From an uncultured Bacilli bacterium (GTDB lineage: Bacteria; Bacillota_I; Bacilli_A; RF39; UBA660): DNA of 64,000 nucleotides. How positions within the stretch are numbered: the first letter of the stretch is position 1; every line of letters starts with the position of its first letter. Shown here in pieces: positions 52,461-62,553 of this stretch. Location: the NCBI GenBank assembly GCA_934167695.1, contig CAKPLP010000005.1, positions 22,955 through 86,954 of the forward strand, written 5' to 3'. The notes under the pieces were generated by a model. That model was not told the origin of the DNA. It did no database searches and saw nothing but the letters and a program-made list of their open reading frames with translations. The position numbers and the translations under genes are program-made.

Positions 52461-53147
52461 ATGAAAAAGAAATTAAAATTAAAATCCTATGTTTTACCAA
52501 GCTTATATGTATGCCTTTTTGTTGCAACCTTTTATATTACTCTAGTAGTTTCAAATATGTTAACTAAAAAAACTCCAATTCAAGAAAATAAAACTCAAAA
52601 TATAGATTATGTATCAGAAACTATTTTAGATAACGAACAACCAGTAATTAATGAAACACTTAAAATGCAAAAACCATATACAAATGAAAGTGTTACTATA
52701 GGTAAATACTTCTATGATTATCAAGGTGAAAGTGATAAGCAAGAAAACTCTATAACATATCACGATAATACATATATTCAAAACTCTGGAGTTGACTATA
52801 TTTTAGAAGAAAGTTTTGATGTAGTAAGTATTTTATCAGGAACAGTAACATCAGTAACAACAGATGACCTATTAGGAAAAGTAGTAGAAATAAAACATGA
52901 TAATAACTATGTAAGTGTTTATCAAAGTTTAAGTACAGTAAATGTAAAAAAGGGTGATACAGTAACACAGGGACAAGTAATAGGAAAAAGTGGTACAAAT
53001 GAAATTGACAAAGATATGGGAAACCATTTACATTTTGAACTTTATATAAAAGGTCAAGTTGTAGATCCAACACTATATTTAGACAAAGAAATTTCAACAA
53101 CTAATGATACAACTACTGACAATACTACAAAAAAAGAAGGAGAGTAA
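52461..53147 (+). CDS. membrane-anchored M23/LytM-domain protein, SpoIIQ-like
   Basis: An N-terminal TM helix and a C-terminal LytM domain with an HxH motif (NHLHFELY). Its position upstream of spoIIID suggests SpoIIQ. Confidence 0.45.
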   Translation: MKKKLKLKSYVLPSLYVCLFVATFYITLVVSNMLTKKTPIQENKTQNIDYVSETILDNEQPVINETLKMQKPYTNESVTIGKYFYDYQGESDKQENSITYHDNTYIQNSGVDYILEESFDVVSILSGTVTSVTTDDLLGKVVEIKHDNNYVSVYQSLSTVNVKKGDTVTQGQVIGKSGTNEIDKDMGNHLHFELYIKGQVVDPTLYLDKEISTTNDTTTDNTTKKEGE

Positions 53148-53205
53148 TCTTCTTTTTTCATAAAATGAACTTAACGTTTATATACTTAAGTAAGGAGAAA
53201 ATTTT

Positions 53206-53457
53206 ATGAATAAGATGATTGCAAGAAGAGTTATAGAAGAAGCTAATATAATAATAAATACTGAAATAACTTTAAGGGAGTTAGCAAAACACCTTGGAGT
53301 TAGTAAAAGTACAATACATAAAGATATGCAAGAAAGATTAATCCAACTAGATAAAGGTCTATATAATAATGTAAAAAAAGTCTTTAAAAAACACTTAGAT
53401 ACAAGATATTATCTAGGTGGAGAATCAACTAGAAAAAAATATCAAAAAACATTATAA
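53206..53457 (+). CDS. spoIIID: stage III sporulation protein D (DNA-binding)
   Basis: RELAKHLGVSKSTIHKDMQERL ... YLGGESTRKKY aligns with B. subtilis SpoIIID (IAKEFGVSKSTVHKDLTERL ... LRGGEATKLKY). Confidence 0.85.
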   Translation: MNKMIARRVIEEANIIINTEITLRELAKHLGVSKSTIHKDMQERLIQLDKGLYNNVKKVFKKHLDTRYYLGGESTRKKYQKTL

Positions 53458-53501
53458 ATTTTTGGTTATTTATGGTAAAATAATATACGTTGTGAAAGGA
53501 T

Positions 53502-54509
53502 GTGATAAAAGTGTTAGCGAAAGATATTGGAATAGATTTAGGAACAGCTAATGTATTAATCTACATAAAGGGAGAAGGAATAGTTTTAAATGAACCAAGT
53601 ATTGTAGCAATAGATACAGAAAATAAAAAAGTAATAGCTGTTGGAAAAGAAGCAAGTGAAATGTTTGGAAGAACACCAGAACATGTAAAAGCTATTAAGC
53701 CAATGAAAGATGGTGTAATAGCAGATTTTGAAGTAACAGAAATAATGCTAAACACTTTTATAAGAAAAATAAAAGCAAGGACACTTTTTACTAGACCAAG
53801 AATACTTATATGTTGTCCAACAAATATTACTCCAGTTGAAAAAAATGCTATAAAAGAAGCTGCAGAAAGAACAGGAGCAAGAAAGGTATATATAGAAGAA
53901 GAACCAAAAGTAGCTGCAATAGGAGCAGGAATGGATATTTCAAAACCTAGTGCAAATATGGTAATTGATATTGGTGGAGGAACAACAGATATAGCAATTC
54001 TTTCCATGAATGATATGGTAACATCAGCATCAGTTAGAATAGCAGGAAACTTATTTGATCAGGATATTATAAAATATATAAAAGATAAATATAAATTATT
54101 AATAGGAGAAAAAACAGCAGAAGATATAAAAATAAACTTTGCCAATGTATATAATCCAGATGAAAAATTAGAATTAGAAGTAAGAGGAAGAAACCTAATT
54201 ACAGGACTTCCACATACAGTAACAATTACTCAGGATGAAACAAAAGAAGCTTTAGATGAAAGTATAAATAAAATTATTAAAGCAACAACAAATGTTTTAG
54301 AGCAAGCACCACCAGAACTATCAGCTGATATTGTTGATAGAGGAATTGTTATGACCGGAGGAGGAGCATTACTTACAGGACTAACAGATCTAATTAAAGA
54401 ACAATTAAATGTACCTACGTTAATAGCAGACTCTCCCCTTACCTGTGTAGCAGAAGGAACAGGAGTACTTTTAAACAATATAAAACTTTTAGAAGAAGAC
54501 AACAGTTAA
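53502..54509 (+). CDS. mbl: MreB-family actin homolog (Mbl-like)
   Basis: DIGIDLGTANVLIY and actin-fold phosphate motifs. The spoIIID-mbl adjacency matches B. subtilis. Confidence 0.85.
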   Translation: MIKVLAKDIGIDLGTANVLIYIKGEGIVLNEPSIVAIDTENKKVIAVGKEASEMFGRTPEHVKAIKPMKDGVIADFEVTEIMLNTFIRKIKARTLFTRPRILICCPTNITPVEKNAIKEAAERTGARKVYIEEEPKVAAIGAGMDISKPSANMVIDIGGGTTDIAILSMNDMVTSASVRIAGNLFDQDIIKYIKDKYKLLIGEKTAEDIKINFANVYNPDEKLELEVRGRNLITGLPHTVTITQDETKEALDESINKIIKATTNVLEQAPPELSADIVDRGIVMTGGGALLTGLTDLIKEQLNVPTLIADSPLTCVAEGTGVLLNNIKLLEEDNS

Positions 54510-54571
54510 TTAAATCTTCTTTTTTTTTATAACAAATTATAGTATAATCAATTTAAGAAAAGAGGAGTATT

Positions 54572-55699
54572 ATGAATCAGGAAATAATAACGAGTTTGAA
54601 AATAGTCATAACTACCTTTATATGTTCTGCTCTGATTATGCCACTTATGAAAAAGGTTGCGACTCATGTTGGTGCTATAGACGTTCCTAGATCCGAAGAA
54701 GGTAATAGACATATCCATAAAAAAGCTACTCCAAAATTTGGAGGTTTAGGCATATTTCTAAGCTTTTTAATAGGATATATGATTTTTGGAAGTCAAAGCA
54801 TTCAGATGAATTCAATTTTAATAGGAAGTTTTATAGTAATATTAACGAGTATAACCGATGATATAAAACCAATAAAAGCTACCTATAAATTTTTAGGACA
54901 TTTAATTGCTGCATGTGTTCTAGTCTTTTATGGAAAAATAACCCTAAACGATGTTACCGCATTTGGTTTTTCATTAGACTTTGGAATTTGGGCATATCCA
55001 ATAACCCTATTATTTATAGTAGCATGCACTAATATTATTAATTTAATAGATGGACTAGATGGATTAAGTGGAGGTATTTGTTCAATATTTTTCCTAACGA
55101 TTGGAATAATAGGACTATATCAAGGCCGTGCAGGAAGTTTAGTAATGGTATTAACCTTTGTAATGTTAGGTTCAACATTAGGCTTTTTATTTCATAATTT
55201 TTATCCAGCCACAATCTTTGCAGGAGACTCCGCCACATTTATGGGATTTATTATTGCAGTAATTTCAATATTAGAATTTAAAGGACCAGCATTAACATCA
55301 TTCTTTGTACCAATAATAATTTTAGCAATCCCAATTCTTGATACATTCTTTGCAATAATAAGAAGAACATTAAAAGGAAAACCAATTTTTTCAGCAGATA
55401 AACAACATTTACACCATCAACTATTAGGAATGAACTTCTCACAAAGAACAACAGTTATAATAATCTATATAATAGATATATTATTCTCATTAGCAACAAT
55501 ACTTTATACAGTTAAAGATCCTCAACTAGGAAGTACTTTATATATTATTTTATTTTTAATAATAGTTTGGTTCGTATTTCATACGAGTATTATTTCAGAT
55601 AAAACCCCACAATTAACAGAAAAAATAGTAGAAAAAATTAAAATGCCTAAAAAGCCACAGAAAAAGGTTAAAAAGAAGAAAAAATTACAAAAAAAGTAA
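54572..55699 (+). CDS. glycosyltransferase family 4 (MraY/WecA/TagO-type) polyprenyl-phosphate sugar-1-phosphate transferase
   Basis: A polytopic protein with a DDxxD-like region (NLIDGLDGL) and a Lys-rich C-terminal tail. Confidence 0.65.
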   Translation: MNQEIITSLKIVITTFICSALIMPLMKKVATHVGAIDVPRSEEGNRHIHKKATPKFGGLGIFLSFLIGYMIFGSQSIQMNSILIGSFIVILTSITDDIKPIKATYKFLGHLIAACVLVFYGKITLNDVTAFGFSLDFGIWAYPITLLFIVACTNIINLIDGLDGLSGGICSIFFLTIGIIGLYQGRAGSLVMVLTFVMLGSTLGFLFHNFYPATIFAGDSATFMGFIIAVISILEFKGPALTSFFVPIIILAIPILDTFFAIIRRTLKGKPIFSADKQHLHHQLLGMNFSQRTTVIIIYIIDILFSLATILYTVKDPQLGSTLYIILFLIIVWFVFHTSIISDKTPQLTEKIVEKIKMPKKPQKKVKKKKKLQKK

Positions 55700-55776
55700 T
55701 TTTTTTTTTGTTGATTTTTAACACAAAATTGGAAAATTATGGTAAAATATTAAACTTATATGGGAGGTGAGGTAAA

Positions 55777-56511
55777 ATGATTGATTTTGTAATCTGTGAT
55801 GATAATAAAGAATTCACAATATTACTAAGAAAAAAAGTAAAACAATTTATGAGTAAATATCCAGAATTAGAATGTCAATATCATATTTTCTCTGGATATG
55901 GTAAAGAGTTTGAAAGAATAGTAGAATCTGAAAATACTTTTAAAGTATACTTTCTAGATATAGAAACTAAAAGAGGTTCTGGATTAGATGCAACCAGAAT
56001 GATCAGAGAAAAGTATGACGATTGGAACTCTATAATTATGATTGTAACATCACATGAAGAGTTCAGATATGAAGCATTAAGTAACAGATTATATTTATTT
56101 GATTTTCTAAATAAATTGAACAACTTTGACTCCAACTTAGAAGAAGACTTAAAGAACGTCTTAAAACAATATACCAGAAATAGTAAAAGTATTACTTTAG
56201 AATACGATAGAGCAATTCATAGAGTAGAACTAAGAGATATTATTTATGTAGAAAAACAAATAGATAGTAAGAAATGCATTGTAGTAACCACTTATGGTAT
56301 CAAATATGTACAATGTTCATTAAATGATATTTACAATCAACTAGATGGAGATTTCATGAAAGCAAGTAGAAGTCTAATAGTAAATATCAAAAAGATAAGA
56401 GAATATAACTCAAAGACAAATACCATTTACTTTGTAAATGAATACAAATCTAACCTAGTATCAAGAGAAAGCAAGAAGGAGTTGATGAATCGTGTTAGAA
56501 ATAATAACTAA
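55777..56511 (+). CDS. LytTR-family response regulator (AgrA-like)
   Basis: An N-terminal receiver domain (phospho-acceptor near FLDIE) and a C-terminal LytTR DNA-binding domain. Confidence 0.8.
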   Translation: MIDFVICDDNKEFTILLRKKVKQFMSKYPELECQYHIFSGYGKEFERIVESENTFKVYFLDIETKRGSGLDATRMIREKYDDWNSIIMIVTSHEEFRYEALSNRLYLFDFLNKLNNFDSNLEEDLKNVLKQYTRNSKSITLEYDRAIHRVELRDIIYVEKQIDSKKCIVVTTYGIKYVQCSLNDIYNQLDGDFMKASRSLIVNIKKIREYNSKTNTIYFVNEYKSNLVSRESKKELMNRVRNNN

Positions 56512-57826
56512 AACATTTTGTTTTGTATTAATTACAATATTATACTTCTGTATAATGAAAGGAACTCTTAATTCAAATGTAAAAATATTAAGTAAAAGAA
56601 ATTTCTTATTGCTGTTTATATTAATTATCATCGTCGCTGTATCATATACAACAGAATATTCTATACAAGCTGTAATCGTAAGAGTTATAGCAAATATTAT
56701 AGTATTCAAATTAATATTTGATGAGTCAATATATAAAACTACAGTTATATTAACATTAGCTATGATTATAAATATATTAGGAGATATTATAAACTCTGCT
56801 ATAATAATGAATTTTTATACATTAGAAGAAGTTAGAAGTCTTCCTATCGCTATGTTAATATCTAATGTTATGACAGTGTTATATTCATACATTATTTTTA
56901 GAATTAAATTTGTATCAGATAAACTAAAATTAGTAGCAAAAAATTTAAATGATAACAACATAGTTTCATCTATAATAATTTGCGCATCTATTTTTATTTT
57001 AGCAATATGTACTTTAGCAAATTTAGGTGACATTTTTACACTTAATATGTCATATTTTATAAATGTTTTAATAGTAATCGTTTTTGTAATAGTATTATTA
57101 ATATTTTTTGTTGACAATAATAAATATCAAAATTTAGTAAACCAATATGATTCACTATTTAAATATATTCAAACATTTGAAAGTAGTATGGATAAAATTA
57201 ATTTAAGTAACCATGAGTTCAAGAATGAGTTAATAATGTTAAAAAGTTACATTAAAGATGATCAAAAAGAAAAATCATTAAATATAATAAATGACATAAT
57301 TGCTGAGAATAAGAAGCAAGATAGTGCAATTTTAACTAGTTTGAAAAATTTACCAAAAGGTGGTATTAAAGGTTTATTATATTATAAAATTATTGTAGCA
57401 ATGGATAATAAATTAAAAGTCAGTCTAGATGTAAGTTCAACTATTAAAGGAAAACTAAACAACTTAGATATAGAACAATCAAAATTAATTTGTAATTTAA
57501 TAGGAATATATTTGGATAATGCGATAGAGGCATCACATGAAAGTGGTAAAAAATTAATTGGTATAGAAATATACACATTAGAAGATAAAGTTGAATTTGT
57601 TTTTTCTAATACCTTCAAAGATCAAGAAATAGATTTAGACAAGGTAGATAAAAATGGATATACAACAAAAGGAAAGAATCATGGAAGAGGTCGCTATTTA
57701 GCAAAGAGATTAATTGAAAAAAATGATTGGATTTCCTCTGAAACCAAAATAATGAACAACCTATATATTCAAAAGATTATAATAGATAAAAACAAATTAA
57801 TTAAAAGTGAAGAAAAAACAAAATAA
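56492..57826 (+). CDS. HPK10-family sensor histidine kinase (AgrC-like)
   Basis: A multi-TM N-terminus, an H-box SNHEFKN and a GHKL ATPase (GKNHGRGRYL). It overlaps the response-regulator gene. Confidence 0.75.
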   Translation: MLEIITKTFCFVLITILYFCIMKGTLNSNVKILSKRNFLLLFILIIIVAVSYTTEYSIQAVIVRVIANIIVFKLIFDESIYKTTVILTLAMIINILGDIINSAIIMNFYTLEEVRSLPIAMLISNVMTVLYSYIIFRIKFVSDKLKLVAKNLNDNNIVSSIIICASIFILAICTLANLGDIFTLNMSYFINVLIVIVFVIVLLIFFVDNNKYQNLVNQYDSLFKYIQTFESSMDKINLSNHEFKNELIMLKSYIKDDQKEKSLNIINDIIAENKKQDSAILTSLKNLPKGGIKGLLYYKIIVAMDNKLKVSLDVSSTIKGKLNNLDIEQSKLICNLIGIYLDNAIEASHESGKKLIGIEIYTLEDKVEFVFSNTFKDQEIDLDKVDKNGYTTKGKNHGRGRYLAKRLIEKNDWISSETKIMNNLYIQKIIIDKNKLIKSEEKTK

Positions 57827-57832
57827 CAATAT

Positions 57833-57869
57833 AAAAATACTATTGGCATAATTAACCAATAGTATTTTT
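57833..57869. terminator. bidirectional rho-independent terminator between the convergent sensor kinase and agrD
   Basis: A perfect 13-bp stem AAAATACTATTGG / CCAATAGTATTTT flanked by A- and T-runs. Confidence 0.7.
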
Positions 57870-57907
57870 ATAACATCAATTATATTTATAATAAGATGAA
57901 TAACATT

Positions 57908-58027
57908 TTAATCAATAAGTGATTCTAATGGCTGAGGTTCATCTGTTAAAAACATTACACACCCCATATTAGCACTTCCAACTATAAGCATTGCAACCAT
58001 TGCTATAAGTCTTGTTAATATCTTCAT
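57908..58027 (-). CDS. agrD: AgrD-like autoinducing peptide precursor (39 aa)
   Basis: Hand translation gives MKILTRLIAMVAMLIVGSANMGCVMFLTDEPQPLESLID. It has an amphipathic leader, a Cys followed by 4-5 hydrophobic residues, and an acidic DE-P tail. A GGAAGGG RBS precedes it, and it lies immediately downstream of agrB. It is not in the ORF track. Confidence 0.6.
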   Translation of the reverse strand: MKILTRLIAMVAMLIVGSANMGCVMFLTDEPQPLESLID

Positions 58028-58055
58028 ACTACCAACATCCCTTCCTATAAATTTA

Positions 58056-58685
58056 CTAAATATCATATTTAATTGATATTAAGCCATTTTTTCTTTTATA
58101 ATTTACATAATTCTTATATGGCTGTTTGAAAACCTTATAAGTTATGGGACTAACCATTACATCTTCCAAGACCACAGCATCGGTTAATAGAAGTGAAAAT
58201 CTATATTCATTTAAAAATAATGCAATAATAGTAAAAATTGTTGCTGTTGATACGGTAATAATTTTTCTAATGACTCTCTTTCTTTTATTAGGAAGAGGTC
58301 TTTTTATTGTGTCAGCGGGTGCATAAAAGAAAAGATATATAGTACCAAGTATTCCCGTTATAAATAAGACATTTTTATTAATATATAAATTTAATAGTAA
58401 AAACGGAAACATTACAAATGATAAAATGGAAACAAGTAAACACTCCCAACTTTTCTTTGCATGAAATCCAAATCCAGTAAATCTAACTATATTAAATAAT
58501 AATAATAAGATTAGCATTTCTTTAAAGATTCCAAATATAAAAGCTAATACAAATATAATAGCTGTTTTAGTGGTTGTTAAGTAAAGTCCCTCGAGTCCAT
58601 ATCTCAATTTCAACGTATCACCTTCATTGATTTTTTGATATTTGGCTATTAAATTAATAGCTCCATCCAAGAACTTCTCTTTCAT
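58056..58685 (-). CDS. agrB: AgrB-like membrane peptidase
   Basis: FGFHAKKSWECLLVSILSF...YAPADTIKRPLPNKRKR aligns with S. aureus AgrB ([23 protein letters not shown]...YAPAATKKKPIPVRLIK), including the catalytic His and Cys. Confidence 0.8.
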   Translation of the reverse strand: MKEKFLDGAINLIAKYQKINEGDTLKLRYGLEGLYLTTTKTAIIFVLAFIFGIFKEMLILLLLFNIVRFTGFGFHAKKSWECLLVSILSFVMFPFLLLNLYINKNVLFITGILGTIYLFFYAPADTIKRPLPNKRKRVIRKIITVSTATIFTIIALFLNEYRFSLLLTDAVVLEDVMVSPITYKVFKQPYKNYVNYKRKNGLISIKYDI

Positions 58686-58939
58686 ACTACCTACCTCACG
58701 AAAGTGATTATATCAGAAAAAAAAGTCGATATTTTTATATTGCTTTTTTAAATAAATTAAGGGTATGAAATTGAAAAAATTCTAAAAATTCGGTAAAAAA
58801 AATGCCAAAAATGCCCTGAAAATTACAATTCGAGGAAATAGGGTTCAAATAACCTAAAAGTTTGGTAAACTGAAATAGCGCACAAACAAAAAAATAGTTT
58901 AGTTAACTAAGCAAAAAGAAGTGAAGGTGAGGTGTATGT

Positions 58940-59158
58940 ATGATTGGACGTGTTAAGTGGTTCAATAATGAAAAAGGGTATGGCTTTATTGAGTATAAGG
59001 AAGATGAAGATATCTTTGTTCATTATTCAGCTATTAATTCTGAAGGGTATAGATCTTTAACAGAAGGTCAGTATGTAGAATTTAAACTAATAAACACAGA
59101 CAAAGGGTTTCAAGCATTGGACGTTAATCTTGTAAAAGAACCAACTATTGCAAAATAG
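58940..59158 (+). CDS. cold-shock protein (CspA family)
   Basis: [16 protein letters not shown]1 and VHYSAI RNP2 motifs. Confidence 0.85.
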   Translation: MIGRVKWFNNEKGYGFIEYKEDEDIFVHYSAINSEGYRSLTEGQYVEFKLINTDKGFQALDVNLVKEPTIAK

Positions 59159-59208
59159 TGGTTTTTTTTCTGGAAAAATGTTATAATACAAGTGAGGAGG
59201 ATGATGAT

Positions 59209-59733
59209 ATGGAAATAATTATTAGAGGCGATAAAATCAAAGTTACAGATTCTATGAAAAGCTACATACAAGAGAAAATAGGAAAGCTAGAAAAATATCT
59301 AGAAAATAGTGAATCAGTTCGCGCTACTGTTGTAGTAAAAATCAGAAATATTGATCAAATCGTAGAAATTACAATCCCATTAAAATCTCTTATTTTAAGA
59401 TCAGAAGAAACACAAGATGACTTCTATAAAGCAATAGATAAAGCCGTTGATAAGTTAGAAAGACAAATTAGAAAAAATAAAACTAAAATTTCTAAACAAA
59501 ATAAAATTGATAAAGACTTTTTAATTGATGAAATAGAAGAAGATGAAGAAACTAAAGATAACATAGTAAAAAGAAAAACTGTTTCTATGAAACCAATGAA
59601 TGAAGAGGAAGCAATATTACAAATGGAACTCCTTGACCATGAATTTTATATGTATATTGATAGCGATACTAATAAGGCATCAGTAGTTTATAAAAGAAAA
59701 AATGGTGACTATGGAGTAATAACTTCAGAATAA
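59209..59733 (+). CDS. hpf: ribosome hibernation promoting factor (long HPF)
   Basis: The start MEIIIRGDKIKVTDSMKSYIQEKIGKLEKY follows a GAGGAGG RBS. Its position before secA matches yvyD-secA. Confidence 0.85.
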   Translation: MEIIIRGDKIKVTDSMKSYIQEKIGKLEKYLENSESVRATVVVKIRNIDQIVEITIPLKSLILRSEETQDDFYKAIDKAVDKLERQIRKNKTKISKQNKIDKDFLIDEIEEDEETKDNIVKRKTVSMKPMNEEEAILQMELLDHEFYMYIDSDTNKASVVYKRKNGDYGVITSE

Positions 59734-59806
59734 AAGAAAAAATTCCAAGAAGCCCTTTATTTAGGACTTCTTTTTTGATAAAATAAATAGTTAGGGAGAG
59801 ATATAA

Positions 59807-62302
59807 ATGAAAATATTAAGAAAATTATTCGATCATGAGTATAAAGAACTAAAAAGATTCTCAAAAATAGCAGATCAAGTTATGGAACTTGATGAAGAAA
59901 TGCAAAAACTTACTGATACGGAATTAAAAGCTAAAACAGAAGAGTTTAAAGAAGCTTTAAAAAATGGAAAAACATTAGATGACATTTTAGTTGAAGCCTT
60001 TGCTGTAGCACGTGAAGCAAGTTACAGAGTAATAGGTGAAAAACCATTCTACGTTCAAATACTAGGTGCTTGTGCTATCCATTACGGAAATATTTCTGAA
60101 ATGAAAACAGGTGAAGGTAAAACATTAACAAGTGTACTACCTGCCTATTTAAATGCTTTAACAGGAAAAGGTGTTCATATAATAACAGTAAATGAATATC
60201 TTGCTAGTCGTGATGCTAATTGGATGGGTGGAATTCATAGATTCTTAGGATTAACAGTAGGAGTAAACTTAAGAGAATTAACAACAAAAGAAAAGAAGGA
60301 ACAATATAATTGTGATATTCTTTATTCTACAAACAATGAAATAGGATTTGACTATCTAAGAGATAATATGGTAGTTAACAAGGAAGATCGTGTTCAAAGA
60401 CCATTAAACTTTGCCATAATTGATGAAGTTGATTCAGTTTTAATAGATGAAGCACGTACACCATTAATTATTTCCGGCGGTCAAATGAATAGTGCCAACT
60501 TATATATAGATGCAGATCGATTTGTAAAATCATTAAAAAAAGAAGAAGACTTCATTTACGATGAAAAAACAAAAAGTGTTAACCTTAATGATCAAGGAAG
60601 TGAAAAGGCTGAGAAGACTTTTCATATAAAAAATCTTTACGATATAGATAATGCAACATTATTACATTATATAAATCAAGCTTTAAGAGCAAATTATGCT
60701 ATGAGTGCTGATGTTGATTATGTTGTAAAAGACGGCGAAATAGTAATAGTAGATCAATTCACAGGTCGTCTTATGAAGGGTCGTGCTTATAGTGATGGAC
60801 TTCATCAAGCTATTGAAGCAAAAGAAGGAGTTACTATAAATGAGGAAACAAAAACTCTAGCTCAAATTACTTTCCAAAATTTATTTAGAATGTATAAAAA
60901 ATTATCTGGTATGACTGGTACAGCAAAAACAGAAGAAGAAGAATTTAGAAATATTTACAACATGTATGTAATTGAAATACCTACAAATAAAGAAGTTATC
61001 AGAATAGATGCTCCAGATTTGGTATATGCTAGTAAAGCTGCTAAATATAAAGCTATTATTAAATTTGTTAAAGAAAGATATGAAAAAGGACAACCAGTTC
61101 TTATCGGAACTATCGCAATAGAAACAAGTGAATTAATTAGTAGTATGTTAAAACAAGCCCATATACCACATGAAGTTTTAAACGCTAAAAACCATGAAAG
61201 AGAAGCTGAAATTATATCAAAAATAGGTCTACATAAATCAGTAACTATTGCAACAAACATGGCAGGACGTGGAACTGATATTAAATTATCTGATGAAATA
61301 AGAGAATTAGGTGGATTATGTGTTGTCGGAACAGAAAGACATGAATCACGTCGTATTGATAATCAGTTAAGAGGACGTTCAGGACGTCAAGGAGATCCGG
61401 GATATACTCAATTCTTTGTTTCAATGGAAGATGATTTGATGGTTCGTTTTGGTTCTGATAGAATTAAAACAATGATGGAAAGCATGGGTATTGGTGAACA
61501 AGCTATTAGAAGTAGAACTATAACAAACTCTATAGGAACTGCCCAAGCAAGAGTAGAAGGAAACAACTTTGATATTCGTAAACAACTATTACAATACGAT
61601 GATGTAATAAATAATCAAAGAGAAATAATTTACGAAAGAAGAAATAATATTCTAGATAGTGAATCTATTCATACAGAAACATTAGATACATTTAGACATC
61701 ACATTGAAGATTTAATAAACTCACATTATGTAATAGATAATGAAATAAACGATGACGATATAGATGAAATAACAGAATTTGCAAATGAAAATTTATTAAA
61801 AAAGGATATTAAAAAATCATCATTAAAATCATTAGATAAAGATGAAATTATCGATAAAATATATAAATTAGTAGTAAATGAATATGAAGAAAAAATAGGT
61901 GATATACCAGATGAAGTAAAAGATGAATTTGAAAAAGCCATAACACTTCAAGTAATTGATAATTATTGGATGGAACACATTAATACAATGGCTCATTTAA
62001 GAGAAGGAATTTATCTAAGAGGTTATGGCCAAGAAGATCCTTTACACGCCTATACAATGGAAGGATTTCAAATGTTTGATTCAATGCTTCAAAAAATCGA
62101 TAAAGACATTACTGTATTTTTACTAAAAGCAGAAATAAGAAAAAATATAGAAAGAAAAGAAATTAAAAAAGATAAAATGATGACTAATGAAGATAAAGAA
62201 ACAACATTAAAGAAGAAACCAAAAAAGGTAAAAAAAGTAGGTCGCAATGAGTTGTGTCCTTGTGGCAGTGGCAAAAAGTACAAAAACTGTTGTGGCAAAT
62301 AA
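59807..62302 (+). CDS. secA: preprotein translocase ATPase SecA
   Basis: An 831-aa protein with DEAD-like motor motifs and the C-terminal Zn finger CPCGSGKKYKNCCG. Confidence 0.95.
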   Translation: MKILRKLFDHEYKELKRFSKIADQVMELDEEMQKLTDTELKAKTEEFKEALKNGKTLDDILVEAFAVAREASYRVIGEKPFYVQILGACAIHYGNISEMKTGEGKTLTSVLPAYLNALTGKGVHIITVNEYLASRDANWMGGIHRFLGLTVGVNLRELTTKEKKEQYNCDILYSTNNEIGFDYLRDNMVVNKEDRVQRPLNFAIIDEVDSVLIDEARTPLIISGGQMNSANLYIDADRFVKSLKKEEDFIYDEKTKSVNLNDQGSEKAEKTFHIKNLYDIDNATLLHYINQALRANYAMSADVDYVVKDGEIVIVDQFTGRLMKGRAYSDGLHQAIEAKEGVTINEETKTLAQITFQNLFRMYKKLSGMTGTAKTEEEEFRNIYNMYVIEIPTNKEVIRIDAPDLVYASKAAKYKAIIKFVKERYEKGQPVLIGTIAIETSELISSMLKQAHIPHEVLNAKNHEREAEIISKIGLHKSVTIATNMAGRGTDIKLSDEIRELGGLCVVGTERHESRRIDNQLRGRSGRQGDPGYTQFFVSMEDDLMVRFGSDRIKTMMESMGIGEQAIRSRTITNSIGTAQARVEGNNFDIRKQLLQYDDVINNQREIIYERRNNILDSESIHTETLDTFRHHIEDLINSHYVIDNEINDDDIDEITEFANENLLKKDIKKSSLKSLDKDEIIDKIYKLVVNEYEEKIGDIPDEVKDEFEKAITLQVIDNYWMEHINTMAHLREGIYLRGYGQEDPLHAYTMEGFQMFDSMLQKIDKDITVFLLKAEIRKNIERKEIKKDKMMTNEDKETTLKKKPKKVKKVGRNELCPCGSGKKYKNCCGK

Positions 62303-62346
62303 CCTCGCAAATCCTTATAAAATAAGGAATTGTTAAAAAAAGAAAA

Positions 62347-62466
62347 AATAATAAATTTGTCCACAGATGACAATTTGTCCACGATTTGTCCACATAGCAT
62401 AAATAACGTGGACAGAATCGTGGAACCCCCCCATAAAAATCAATAAAAAATCTACGTGGACAATTA
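62347..62466. promoter_or_regulatory. array of six TGTCCAC-core 9-mers (3 direct, 3 inverted) with a C7 tract. Candidate DnaA-box cluster or iteron/arm-site array.
   Basis: TTGTCCACA (62347), TTGTCCACG (62365), TTGTCCACA (62376), CGTGGACAG (62397), CGTGGAAC + C7 (62409-62422), CGTGGACAA (62445), TGTGGACAT (62458). Confidence 0.45.
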
Positions 62467-62553
62467 TTGTGGACATAGTTATATAAAATGTCAGCATTCG
62501 AAATGCTGGCATTTTTCCGTTTCATTAAGTTTTATAATGAAGGAGAGATAACT

